Shown: positions 8,584-17,715, numbered from the stretch's first letter. The stretch is 32,000 bases of DNA from an uncultured Opitutales bacterium (GCA_934613415.1 CAKTSY010000003.1:1-32000), one strand, 5' to 3'. Translations and numbers: made by a program. Notes: generated from the sequence alone by a model not told the origin.

Positions 8584-10884
8584 TTAGCCTCCTATAATTT
8601 TTGTGCCCAAATCGAATATAAGGCCTATGTGGTATACCACGAATGTGAAGGCGTATGCCAAAGCGAACAGACCTATTGCTTCGATTATTGCCATTGACCA
8701 AGAGTTAAGCTCTCTTTTAATAACCGCCAATGTAGCCAAGCATGGAATGGACATTAGGCAGAATATCATTATGCAAAAGCCCTGAAGCGGAGTATAGGCA
8801 GAGGCCAATCTTTCGCGAAGGGGAACGCATTCTTCGTCGGCTTCGCCTTCGGCATAAAGAATGCCCAACTGCGAAACAAACACCTCTTTTGCCGCCAATG
8901 CGCCAATGGAAGCCGTTGTAAGTTTCCAGTCGAAACCTATTGGGCGGAATACCGGCTCAAGGAATTTACCTACTCTGCCTGAAATTGTATATTCCATAGC
9001 TTCGGCAGCCTTTTCGTTTTCAAGGGCCGTTGCCTTTTCGGCGGCTTCGGCTTGGGCGTCTACAATTGCCTTTTGGGCAGCGTTAAGCGACTTGTTTGCG
9101 GAAAGCTTTTCAAGCATTTCTCCGGAAAGGGCCGAGCTTTCTTTTACTTCGGCAATTTCCTCCTTATCCAACAAGGGCGAAATTACCGCCAATTTTGCCG
9201 CGTCTATTGCAGCCGACTTTTGAACGGCTTCGGCCTGAGCGTCGTAGTCTTTCGAAAACTCCGTCTTTTCGGGATAGGTATTTGCAATGTACAACAATAT
9301 TGAGGTTGCCAAGATTATAGTACCTGCTTTGTGCAAATACATTTTGCCTCTGTCCCACATGTGCAGCAAAAGGCTTTTAATTGTGGGCATCCTGTAGGGA
9401 GGCAATTCCATTAGATATACTTCACCGTCGCCCTTAAATATGGTGCTTTTCATTATGCGGGCTGCAACCAAGGCAACAACCACGCCTATTAGGTACATCA
9501 ACCACATAATAAACGCCTGATACTTAGCCGCAAAGAATGCGGGAATAATCAGGGCATAAATGGGAAGTCTTGCGCCGCAGCTCATCAACGGCAAAACCAT
9601 AATTGTTGTTTTGCGGTCTTTTTCGGATTCTATGCAGCGAGTTGCCATAATGGCTGGAACGTTGCATCCGAAGCCCAAAATTAGCGGCACAAACGAACGA
9701 CCCTGCAGGCCGAACTTGCGCATAACGCCGTCCATTACAAAGGCAGCCCTTGACATATAGCCGCTGTCTTCCAAAATGGCTATTGCAAAGAACAAGAACA
9801 AGATGTTCGGCAAAAACACCAAAACGCCGCCTACACCGCCTATGATACCGTCGGTTACAAGGCTTCTAAGATAGGGGAACGTTTCTTCGCTCCAAGAATT
9901 TTTAACTAGGTCGGACAAGTAGCCGAAAAAGTCTTCTATCATTCCCATAAAGGGGTCGGCGCAGGTAAACGTAAAATAGAAAGTAACGTATATGATTGCC
10001 AAGAATATGGGCAGACCCAAGAACTTGTTGGTCATTACGTTGTCTATTTTGTCGGAAATTTCGCGACGTTTTTCGCCCGTCATAGAAATGGCGTCGCGGA
10101 ACGCGCCCGAAAGCATTGCATAGCGGCGGTCGGCCATAAAGCTGGCGGCCTCTATTGCGTGAATGTTGTATAGGTGCTTTATCTGGGCGTTTACCTCGTC
10201 GTGAACGGGGGTAAAGTCTTCTATTTTCTTTACGCAGCTGTCGTCTTCCAAAAGCTTAATTGCAAAGAATCTGGAAGGAATATGAGCGTATTTTTCTATG
10301 TGCAAAGCGTCTATCTTGTCGGCAACATCCTTTATGGAATCGTCTATATCGCCGCCGTACGAAAGCATTGGAACGCCGTGGGTTTCGAGCGTTTTTAGCG
10401 CGCCCGAAAGTTTTTCGATAAGCTCGGTCACCCCGCCGGCTTTGCGGCCTATGCACTGGGCTATGGGCGAACCGAAATATTTTTCCAGTTTGGGAATGTC
10501 GAATTTTAAGCCCTTGCGCTTTGCGTCGTCGGACATATTGAACACAATAAGCATCGGTATGTGCAATTCGGCCAACTGTGTTGTTAAATACATGCTTCTG
10601 CGCGGAATCGACGAGTCTACAATGTTAATTAGAATGTCGATGCCGGGCTTTGTAAGTTCGTCGAAAACTACGGCTTCTTCGGGAGACCCCGACGACAGCG
10701 AATATACGCCGGGCAAGTCTACCAGCTCGATGTCGTATTCGCCGAGTTTAAACTCGCCCGACTTGCTTTCCACCGTAACGCCCGGGTAGTTGCCAACATG
10801 CTGGCGAGCCCCCGTTAATATGTTGAAAATGGAAGTTTTGCCGCAATTTGGATTGCCGACTAAAGCCGCCTTAATTTTTTTCAT
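8584..10884 (-). CDS. feoB: ferrous iron transporter FeoB
   Basis: 766 aa. The N-terminal G-domain has GNPNCGKTS (G1), DLPG (G3) and NMSD (G4-like). A polytopic membrane domain follows, with FeoB gate-type segments (GFGCNVPAIMATR, AAKEVFVSQLGILY). Confidence 0.95.
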   Translation of the reverse strand: MKKIKAALVGNPNCGKTSIFNILTGARQHVGNYPGVTVESKSGEFKLGEYDIELVDLPGVYSLSSGSPEEAVVFDELTKPGIDILINIVDSSIPRRSMYLTTQLAELHIPMLIVFNMSDDAKRKGLKFDIPKLEKYFGSPIAQCIGRKAGGVTELIEKLSGALKTLETHGVPMLSYGGDIDDSIKDVADKIDALHIEKYAHIPSRFFAIKLLEDDSCVKKIEDFTPVHDEVNAQIKHLYNIHAIEAASFMADRRYAMLSGAFRDAISMTGEKRREISDKIDNVMTNKFLGLPIFLAIIYVTFYFTFTCADPFMGMIEDFFGYLSDLVKNSWSEETFPYLRSLVTDGIIGGVGGVLVFLPNILFLFFAIAILEDSGYMSRAAFVMDGVMRKFGLQGRSFVPLILGFGCNVPAIMATRCIESEKDRKTTIMVLPLMSCGARLPIYALIIPAFFAAKYQAFIMWLMYLIGVVVALVAARIMKSTIFKGDGEVYLMELPPYRMPTIKSLLLHMWDRGKMYLHKAGTIILATSILLYIANTYPEKTEFSKDYDAQAEAVQKSAAIDAAKLAVISPLLDKEEIAEVKESSALSGEMLEKLSANKSLNAAQKAIVDAQAEAAEKATALENEKAAEAMEYTISGRVGKFLEPVFRPIGFDWKLTTASIGALAAKEVFVSQLGILYAEGEADEECVPLRERLASAYTPLQGFCIMIFCLMSIPCLATLAVIKRELNSWSMAIIEAIGLFALAYAFTFVVYHIGLIFDLGTKIIGG

Positions 10885-10885
10885 A

Positions 10886-11242
10886 TTACTTGTTGCTTTC
10901 TATAAGAATATTTTTTGCGTCGTCCTTATGCAAAGCCATGCTTGTTTCCATAACTTTAACCCTTATAAGCCCGCCGAACGGAGCTTTAGCCTCCATTATA
11001 AGTTCGGTTCCAGGAACAAGCCCCACGTCGGAGAACTTTTTTTCGCCGCGCGCCTGTGGGATTATCCTTAGAATTTTGCAGCTTTCGCCAACTTTAAGGT
11101 CGGCCAAGCTTTTGTTTTGTTTTTTGTCGGATACTACGTCCATGCTTACTTTCATTTTTTTAATTGATGTTGAAAATTTTTTATGAAGCGGCAAAACGCG
11201 CTTTTTAAGCGGGCAATTTTGCACTTTTTTAAATTTTGCCAT
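10886..11242 (-). CDS. feoA: FeoA family protein
   Basis: The FeoA SH3-like core is LADLKVGESCKILRI...VGLVPGTELIMEAKAPFGGLIRVKV. The stop is 1 nt from the feoB start. The start is uncertain: the first 29 residues are an atypical Lys-rich extension. An internal ATG at 11155 gives a typical 89-aa FeoA and fits the promoter predicted at 11245-11273. Confidence 0.85.
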   Translation of the reverse strand: MAKFKKVQNCPLKKRVLPLHKKFSTSIKKMKVSMDVVSDKKQNKSLADLKVGESCKILRIIPQARGEKKFSDVGLVPGTELIMEAKAPFGGLIRVKVMETSMALHKDDAKNILIESNK

Positions 11243-11244
11243 AG

Positions 11245-11299
11245 ATAAAAGTTATATTCATCTAACTTGTCAAGAGAAAAAGTTAATGTTATCTAACTT
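11245..11299 (-). promoter_or_regulatory. putative feoAB promoter with two Fur-box-like imperfect direct repeats
   Basis: The minus strand reads TTGACA (11273-11268), 17 nt, then TTTTAT (11250-11245). Two 18-nt units match at 14/18 positions and start 31 bp apart: GTTATATTCATCTAACTT (11251-11268) and GTTAATGTTATCTAACTT (11282-11299). The first exactly fills the -35/-10 spacer. GTTAATGTTATC resembles the GATAATGATAAT Fur hexamer array. Confidence 0.4.
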
Positions 11300-11412
11300 T
11301 CAAACAAAAATACATATCTTTAAACTGCCTAAAAAAGAAAAATACGCACATATTTGCGTATAAAACGGGCATTTTTGCGAAAAACAAACCCTTGCAAAAC
11401 ACATTGTGGCAC

Positions 11413-11441
11413 AAAAAAAGCCCCCATATTTAGGAGCTTTT
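11413..11441 (-). terminator. intrinsic terminator of the metallophosphoesterase gene
   Basis: The minus strand reads AGCTCC-TAAATATG-GGGGCT followed by T7. It starts 23 nt after the stop at 11464. Confidence 0.6.
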
Positions 11442-11463
11442 GCAAATTTTTTGCGGTAAATAC

Positions 11464-12735
11464 TTACAGCTTAAACGACAGGCTTTCGCGGCTCTTGTTG
11501 CCGTTTTGCCCGTAAAAATCTACCTTAATTTCGTTTTCTACCGAAACATACATAGATTCGTTGTTCGAATTTACTATGATGGGAAATGGCAAAGTTTTGT
11601 TTTCGTTTGCAATTTTGCTTTTATATTTGCCGTCTTCGTAGATTTCCATTTGGTCGGCATTGGCAGGCACATAGTAGTATTTATGCATATGCGCACACAG
11701 CATTAGATTTATGTTTTTGTCTTTTAGCAAAGAATCGAAATGCGTGTCGTTCTTTGTTCTATAAGCCATATAGTCCATCGCCGGTGGAATATGCTGAACT
11801 ACAATTCTGCATTTTGCCTCCTTAAAAGCGGGGCTGTTTACAACGTCTTTAACCCATTTAAATTCCGCGTTTCTATAATGGGTAAAGTCGTTTAAAAACC
11901 TGCCTTCCCAGGAATCGTCGGGCTTGTCTTCGCACAAGTCTAGGCACAGGAAAAACACGGGGCCCGCCCTAAAAGCGTAGTAGGTTTTTCCGCTTTTTGT
12001 GGGGAAATATGTGTAAAAATCTTCGGCCTGCTTGCCGCGCGTTTCGTGGTTGCCCCTAAGGAAATATACCGGCTTTTGGCAGTTCAGATTTTTGGCGACT
12101 GGGTCTACCAAATTCCTAAACAGTTTTCGCTCGTCGCCTATATAGTCTAGCATATCGCCGTTCATAATCAAAAACTCGTAGTCTTTGGGCAAAGCGTCCA
12201 TAAGCGAATTTATAACCTTGGGCCTTTCGTGAGTATCGTTTAAAACGGCAAACTTTAAGACCTTGTTTTTTGCGCTTGTTGTAGTAAACGCAATTTCGCC
12301 GCCATCGGGGTTTTTGGTTAGCTCTATAATTTTACCCAAATAGATTTCGCCGTAGCCCTCGCCCTTTTTCCATTTCCAATTCCAATATTGAACAAGCTCT
12401 TTTGCCACTATTTTTACGGTGTAACGCATTCCCGCCTTAAGCCCACAAACTCTAACATTGTGTATGGTTCCCGCATGCTTTTTGCCCGTAGTAGACGACT
12501 GAAAAAACGCCTTCGGCTCTTTAAAATCGGGATCTTGCTGGCTGGATATATAAATGTCGGCAAGCGAAATTTTGTTTGCCGCAAAAACAATGTTGGCGCA
12601 TGAAGTACCCCCTCCTACAATATAGGGGGTACCCAAAATCTTAAATTCGCCGTCTTTTTCTATATATTTTTGGGTGGCAAAGGCGTTTGCGCACGCCAAA
12701 AGAGCCGACGATATTAAAAAGCTGCGCCTTAACAT
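11464..12735 (-). CDS. secreted metallophosphoesterase (purple acid phosphatase-like, N-terminal Fn3-type domain)
   Basis: 423 aa with signal peptide MLRRSFLISSALLACANAFA. Calcineurin-like motifs occur in order: LNDTHE, NGDMLDY, LRGNHE, VQHIPP, CAHMHKY. The start is 4 bp after the stop of the upstream beta-helix gene. Confidence 0.8.
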   Translation of the reverse strand: MLRRSFLISSALLACANAFATQKYIEKDGEFKILGTPYIVGGGTSCANIVFAANKISLADIYISSQQDPDFKEPKAFFQSSTTGKKHAGTIHNVRVCGLKAGMRYTVKIVAKELVQYWNWKWKKGEGYGEIYLGKIIELTKNPDGGEIAFTTTSAKNKVLKFAVLNDTHERPKVINSLMDALPKDYEFLIMNGDMLDYIGDERKLFRNLVDPVAKNLNCQKPVYFLRGNHETRGKQAEDFYTYFPTKSGKTYYAFRAGPVFFLCLDLCEDKPDDSWEGRFLNDFTHYRNAEFKWVKDVVNSPAFKEAKCRIVVQHIPPAMDYMAYRTKNDTHFDSLLKDKNINLMLCAHMHKYYYVPANADQMEIYEDGKYKSKIANENKTLPFPIIVNSNNESMYVSVENEIKVDFYGQNGNKSRESLSFKL

Positions 12736-12738
12736 TGT

Positions 12739-15123
12739 TTATTCTTTCTCTTTAACGATTTTGTTGCCCTCGAACACAAATCCGTTTACCTTGCGCGTTT
12801 CTATGAACGCCCCCGGATTTTTCACCAAAGGAGAAGCATACCAGGTGTTGTTTACAATTTTTATATTGCTTGCGTGCGAAGCATAGATTGCGCCCCTGTA
12901 GTACTTTTCGTTTACTCTGGGCGTTTTGGCAATAAACTTATTGTTTACAAATGTTACATTGCCAGCCGACGAAATAGAGGCGATGGAACCGAACGAATCT
13001 ATAAAGGTATTGTTTTCGAACAAAACATTGTTGATTATAGGATACATTGTTTGGTCTTTAAACGAATTGTAGCGCATAAATACGCCCATATAAACGTCTC
13101 TTGCCTTGCCGCTTTCGGCAACGGGGTGCGGGCTGCCCTGCTCGAATGTGCAGTTGCGAACTACAATATTGTCGGCGCCGTACCCTTCGCTCCATACGTT
13201 GAAAGTGTAGCCGCTTTCTATTTTAAGCGCACCGTGTTCGCTATGCTTAAAGCGGCAGTTTTCTATTGTTACATCGGGGCATTCTATAATCACGCCCCTT
13301 GCCCTGTTGTCGTGAAAGTAGCAGTTGCGCAATATCATATTGCGGGTTGCATAGTTGCGGTTGAACATAACAAAGCCGTCTATTTTCTCCTGAGGAACTT
13401 TTTGGTCGAATATGAATTCGTATACGCCTTTTTTGGGGTCGATATTTTTGCACTCCTTTAATTTTGCGGTAAAACCCGTGGGCGAAAAGTCGCCATGGCG
13501 AAGCTCTATGTTTGCCCCGTCTGCAAAAACCCAGCGACTTACGTTGTTTGTCTGAATGGAATAGTCGCTTTTGCGGCGCGCAAAGCCGGAGTTGTCGTGA
13601 AAGTTTATGCAGTCGTCTGCCCCGTAGGAAAACTCGCAGTCTTCATACTTGGCATAACCCAGCGTATTTGCAACGTGGCAGTGGTCTGCCGTGCATGTTA
13701 TGGCTCTGCGGAATTTGTTTTCGGGCTTTTTTATATTCACGTTTTTAAAGTGCCAATATTGCTGCTTGTCCTTTATTACAAAAGCATGTCCTGCGCACGA
13801 ATATATGTTTATGTCTTTTAACGTAAGGTGAACATTGCCGCTTTGCACAATGCCGTTCATAACATAGTAATAGTGCTGCATTCTAAACTGCTGACCCACT
13901 TCGTAGCCGTGATGAACTTCCGACAGGTGCATTCTAAGCAAATTGCCGCTTAGCCATTCCTTTTGAGGAATTATTATTTTGTTACCCACGCCAAAATCGT
14001 AGTAGATATCGAACGAAAATTCGGTGCCTACCGACTGCGTTTTGGAGTCGAAAACCGACAAGTTTACAATGCGGCAGTCTTTTTTTGGGAAATCATCGTA
14101 CTCCAAAAACTTTACGTCTACAAACTTCTTTTGGCGGTCTATTTTTACAACTTCCACAATACTTGCCAATGGCGACTTTTCCCAATCCCAGTCGAAGTTA
14201 AAATTGCGCAATAAGGTGCGTTTGCAAAAGTCTACCTTCATATTGGGGACGCGGTTGTTTGTTTTATAAAAAACAAACGTAGAACCGCCGCCGTCGAACT
14301 CGAAATCTTCCATATTTTTGATTTCTATGGATTTTTCCTCGTTCAAATAATATTGGCCCTTGTCTACAAGGAGCTTGGCGGCCTTAATTTTGCGGCAGTG
14401 TTCTATTGCGCGGTTTAGCTTTGTAATAATGTCTTTTTCGCCAACTTTTACGCCGAAGTCGCTTGCCTTTACAACCGCACCACCAGTATTGTTTGGAAGA
14501 AGCACATCAAATTCCTTAGAACCCGTGGGAAGCCCCTTTCTGTCTAGCTTGTAGGGCTTTGGGTTTGCTACGGGCGCGTAATACTTTTCCAACGAGCCTT
14601 CGTAAATCTTTACGTCGCAAATTTCAACTTTTGCCTTGTCTACAGTAGACATACAAAGCCTGTAGTCGGCTGCGTTTTGGTCGGTTTTAAAATGCATCGT
14701 ACGGGTAGATACCCCGCCGCTTGTGTTTGCTATTGATGTGCTGCTATAGTCGCCAGATTTGGGATATTTGTCGCTGCGTATAAGGGCAAGCAGGCTGCCG
14801 CTATTTTCAACCTTGGCGGAAAATTCCAAGATATAATCGGTATTTGGCTTAAATATGCCGTTTTTAGAAGTTATAACACGGTTGTATTTTTCTTTGCACT
14901 TTTCGCTTGTAAACGAAACCGTTTCGCCATTGAAAGATGCCTCTTTTGCAAACGATAAATCGCCGCCTTCTTTTATGCCGTTTACGGCATACACCAAGGG
15001 CTTTTGCTCTTCGGATTGTCTATTTGCGGAATCGCAACCAGACACCGTAAAAACTGCAAACAATGCCGCGGCGCAAAAAGACGCCATGGCAAACACTTTC
15101 TTCAAACTATTGTTTTTCATCAT
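12739..15123 (-). CDS. lipoprotein with an N-terminal CBM-like domain and a right-handed parallel beta-helix (pectin-lyase fold), probable glycan-degrading enzyme; paralog A
   Basis: 794 aa with a lipobox (FTVSGC). A pectate-lyase-superfamily-like entry segment is ASDFGVKVGEKDIITKLNRAIEHCRKIKAAKLLVDKGQYYL. Repeated NxxF/beta-helix coil signatures include RNCYFHDNRARG, ENCRFKHSEHG, VRNCTFEQ, FENNTFID, FVNNKFIA and IVNNTWY. Confidence 0.7.
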   Translation of the reverse strand: MMKNNSLKKVFAMASFCAAALFAVFTVSGCDSANRQSEEQKPLVYAVNGIKEGGDLSFAKEASFNGETVSFTSEKCKEKYNRVITSKNGIFKPNTDYILEFSAKVENSGSLLALIRSDKYPKSGDYSSTSIANTSGGVSTRTMHFKTDQNAADYRLCMSTVDKAKVEICDVKIYEGSLEKYYAPVANPKPYKLDRKGLPTGSKEFDVLLPNNTGGAVVKASDFGVKVGEKDIITKLNRAIEHCRKIKAAKLLVDKGQYYLNEEKSIEIKNMEDFEFDGGGSTFVFYKTNNRVPNMKVDFCKRTLLRNFNFDWDWEKSPLASIVEVVKIDRQKKFVDVKFLEYDDFPKKDCRIVNLSVFDSKTQSVGTEFSFDIYYDFGVGNKIIIPQKEWLSGNLLRMHLSEVHHGYEVGQQFRMQHYYYVMNGIVQSGNVHLTLKDINIYSCAGHAFVIKDKQQYWHFKNVNIKKPENKFRRAITCTADHCHVANTLGYAKYEDCEFSYGADDCINFHDNSGFARRKSDYSIQTNNVSRWVFADGANIELRHGDFSPTGFTAKLKECKNIDPKKGVYEFIFDQKVPQEKIDGFVMFNRNYATRNMILRNCYFHDNRARGVIIECPDVTIENCRFKHSEHGALKIESGYTFNVWSEGYGADNIVVRNCTFEQGSPHPVAESGKARDVYMGVFMRYNSFKDQTMYPIINNVLFENNTFIDSFGSIASISSAGNVTFVNNKFIAKTPRVNEKYYRGAIYASHASNIKIVNNTWYASPLVKNPGAFIETRKVNGFVFEGNKIVKEKE

Positions 15124-15180
15124 ATATGTATTCTTTTAGTTGGATGCATTATTATTACCGCAAGACAAAACCCGGTCAAC

Positions 15181-15210
15181 AAAAAAGCCCCAAGCCAACG
15201 GCCTGGAGCT
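15181..15210 (-). terminator. intrinsic terminator separating the two beta-helix paralogs
   Basis: The minus strand reads AGCTCCAGGCC-GTT-GGCTTGGGGCT followed by T6. It lies 28 nt after the stop at 15238. Confidence 0.6.
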
Positions 15211-15237
15211 ATAAAACTTAAATGCACTTTGCTATTT

Positions 15238-17628
15238 TTACTGATTTTCGCCAATAATTTTGTTGCCTTCAAAAACAAAATTTTTCACATCGCGGCTTTC
15301 CACAAAAGCCCCGGGATTCTTTACCAAAGGCGAAGCATACCAAGTGTTGTTTACTATTTTTACATTGCCTGCGCATTTTGCGTAGAACGCGCCCCTGTAG
15401 TATCTTTCGTTTACCCTTGGCGTTTTGGCTATGAATTTGTTGTTTGCAAATGTTATATTGCCTGCCGACGAAATCGAGGCGATGGAGCCGAATGTATCTA
15501 TAAACGTGTTGTTCGCAAATAGGATATTCTTTAGAATTGGGTATTTTGTTTGGTCGGGCAAAAAGTTGTAGCGCATAAATACGCCCAAGCGTATGTCTCT
15601 ATCTTTGCCGCTTTCGGCAACGGGGTGCGGGCTGGCCTGCTCGAATGTGCAGTTGCGCACAACAATGTTGTCGGCACCCGCCCCTTCGCTCCATACGTCA
15701 AATGTATAGCAGCACCCTATTATCAAACCTCCGTGCTCGCTGTGCTTAAAGCGGCAATTTTCTATTGTTATATTGCGCCCCGACATAACCATGCTCCTTG
15801 CCCTGTTGTCGTGGAAATAGCAGTTGCGTACAATCATATTTGCGGTGTCATAGAGGCGGTTGAACATAACAAAACCGTCTATCGTTTCTTCCGGAATTTT
15901 TTGGTCGAATATGAATTCGTATACGCCCTTTTTCGGGTCGATATTTTTGCACGCCTTTAATTTTGCCGTAAAACCCGTTGGCGAAAAGTCGCCATTGCGA
16001 AGCTCTATCACAGAATCGTTGTTAAAGCTGCTGCGGTTTACGTTGTTTGTTATAAGCGAATAGTCGCTTTTGCGACGCGCAAAACCCGAGTTGTCGTGAA
16101 AGTTTATGCAGTCGTCTGCACCGTAGGAAAACTCGCAGTCTTCATACTTGCCGTAGCCCAGAGTGTTTACAACGTGGCAGTGGTCGTTTGTGCAGGTTAT
16201 AGCCCTGCGGAATTTGTTTTCGGGCTTCTTTATGTTTACGTTTTTAAAGTGCCAATATTGCTGCTTGTCCTTTATTACAAAGGCATGCCCTGCGCACGAA
16301 TATACGTTTATGTCTTTTAACGTAAGGTGAACGTTACCAGACATAACAATGGCGTTCATTCCGCCGTTATAGTAGTGCTGCATTCTAAACTGCTGGCCAA
16401 CTTCGTATTTCGGATAAACACTGGGCAAATGCATTCTAAGCAAATTGCCGCTTAGCCATTCCTTTTTAGGAATTATTATTTTGTTACCCACGCCAAAATC
16501 GTAGTAAATATCGAATGCAAATTCTGTACCAACCGACTGCGTTTTGGGGTCGAAACACGATAAATTCGTTATTTTGCAGTCTTTTTTGGGGAAGTCGTCG
16601 TATTCCAAAAACTTTACGTCTACAAACTTCTTTTGGCGGTCTATATTTACAACTTCCACAATGCTAGCCAGTGGCGACTTTTCCCAATCCCAATCGAAAT
16701 TGAAACTATGCAGCTTTGTGCGCTTGCATAAGTCTACCTTCATATTCGGAAACCTGCCCGTCGTCTTGTAGAAAACAAATGTAGAGCCGCCGCCGTCAAA
16801 TTCGAAATCTTCCATCTCTTTTAGCTCTATGCTTTTAGGCTCGTCTAGATAATATGTGCCCTTTTCTACAACAAGCTTTGCCGCCTTTATATTGCGGCAG
16901 TATTCTATTGCATTGTTTAGCTTTGTAACAATGTCTTTTTCGCCCACTTTTACGCCGAAATCGCCTGCATTTACTACCGCGCCTTTCGGGTTGTTTGGAA
17001 GCTGAACATCGAATTCCTTTGCGCCCGTTGGCAACTCTTCCCGATTTAATTTGTAGGGCTTGGGATTTTCGCTTGGCGCATAATATGTTTCCAAAACGCC
17101 CTCGTATATTTTTATGTCGCAAATTTCAACGTTGGTTTTGTCTATTGCGGCTACACATAATTTATAGACGGAGGCAAACCTACCCGTTTTAAAATGTATT
17201 CTTCGGGTTGTTTTGCACCCTCTTGTACTGGGCACAGTACAGCTTAAAATGTCTTTTTCCTTGGGGAACTTATCGCTGCGTATAAACGCATAAAAAGCAC
17301 CTTCTTTGCAGGGAGAATCCACCTTTACGGTAAATTCCAGAATATAGTCGGTATCGAGCTCGAACAAACCGTTTTTTGTGTACAAAATATGGTTATATTT
17401 TTTCGTGCAATTTTCGGCAGCAATGGAAATTTTTTGCCCGTCGAATGTGGCGTCTTTTGTAATAACAAAATTCTTTGAACCTATGCCCTCAATAATATAG
17501 TTTTCTTCGTCGGACGAATCGCCTCCAAACGAAGGAGTTGGTGTAAGCAGCGCGCTTGCGCAAAGTGCAAAAAACGCCATCGTTTTACATATTACATTGA
17601 ATTTCAATTTGTTAAGGTATTTCATCAT
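15238..17628 (-). CDS. secreted protein with an N-terminal CBM-like domain and a right-handed parallel beta-helix; paralog B
   Basis: 796 aa with a type-I-like signal peptide (MAFFALCASALLTPTPSFG). It is collinear with paralog A, with long identical blocks (FEFDGGGSTFVFYKT, FNFDWDWEKSPLASIVEVV, IDRQKKFVDVKFLEYDDFPKKDC, YSCAGHAFVIKDKQQYWHFKNVNIKKPENKFRRAITCT). Confidence 0.7.
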   Translation of the reverse strand: MMKYLNKLKFNVICKTMAFFALCASALLTPTPSFGGDSSDEENYIIEGIGSKNFVITKDATFDGQKISIAAENCTKKYNHILYTKNGLFELDTDYILEFTVKVDSPCKEGAFYAFIRSDKFPKEKDILSCTVPSTRGCKTTRRIHFKTGRFASVYKLCVAAIDKTNVEICDIKIYEGVLETYYAPSENPKPYKLNREELPTGAKEFDVQLPNNPKGAVVNAGDFGVKVGEKDIVTKLNNAIEYCRNIKAAKLVVEKGTYYLDEPKSIELKEMEDFEFDGGGSTFVFYKTTGRFPNMKVDLCKRTKLHSFNFDWDWEKSPLASIVEVVNIDRQKKFVDVKFLEYDDFPKKDCKITNLSCFDPKTQSVGTEFAFDIYYDFGVGNKIIIPKKEWLSGNLLRMHLPSVYPKYEVGQQFRMQHYYNGGMNAIVMSGNVHLTLKDINVYSCAGHAFVIKDKQQYWHFKNVNIKKPENKFRRAITCTNDHCHVVNTLGYGKYEDCEFSYGADDCINFHDNSGFARRKSDYSLITNNVNRSSFNNDSVIELRNGDFSPTGFTAKLKACKNIDPKKGVYEFIFDQKIPEETIDGFVMFNRLYDTANMIVRNCYFHDNRARSMVMSGRNITIENCRFKHSEHGGLIIGCCYTFDVWSEGAGADNIVVRNCTFEQASPHPVAESGKDRDIRLGVFMRYNFLPDQTKYPILKNILFANNTFIDTFGSIASISSAGNITFANNKFIAKTPRVNERYYRGAFYAKCAGNVKIVNNTWYASPLVKNPGAFVESRDVKNFVFEGNKIIGENQ

Positions 17629-17715
17629 ATATACAACAAGTTAATCGTTATTGTTGTTTACCGATTTATTTATGGTTGTCAAACTTTTTCTCCTGAAAAA
17701 CAGCCATAACACTGC

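Larger units (their letters stand above)
12739..17628 (-). repeat. tandem gene duplication (two ~2.4-kb paralogous genes in direct orientation)
   Basis: The nucleotide and protein similarity of the two adjacent ORFs is visible directly. For example, near-identical DNA runs surround 13940-13975 and 16440-16475 (GCAAATTGCCGCTTAGCCATTCCTTTT). Confidence 0.85.

Noticed and set aside
8900-9300. Ala/Glu/Lys-rich helical stretch in the C-terminal third of FeoB (AQAEAVQKSAAIDAAKL...ENEKAAEAMEY), considered as an inserted domain
   Set aside because: The total length (766 aa) is normal for FeoB, and a variable cytoplasmic loop occurs at this position in the family. Without an alignment I cannot show it is an insertion.
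11407-11422. TGGCAC-N7-GC (TGGCACAAAAAAAGCC), a fair sigma-54 -24/-12 match on the plus strand
   Set aside because: It overlaps the A-run and stem of a minus-strand terminator. No plus-strand gene lies downstream, so it would only drive antisense RNA into the phosphoesterase gene. It is most likely coincidental.
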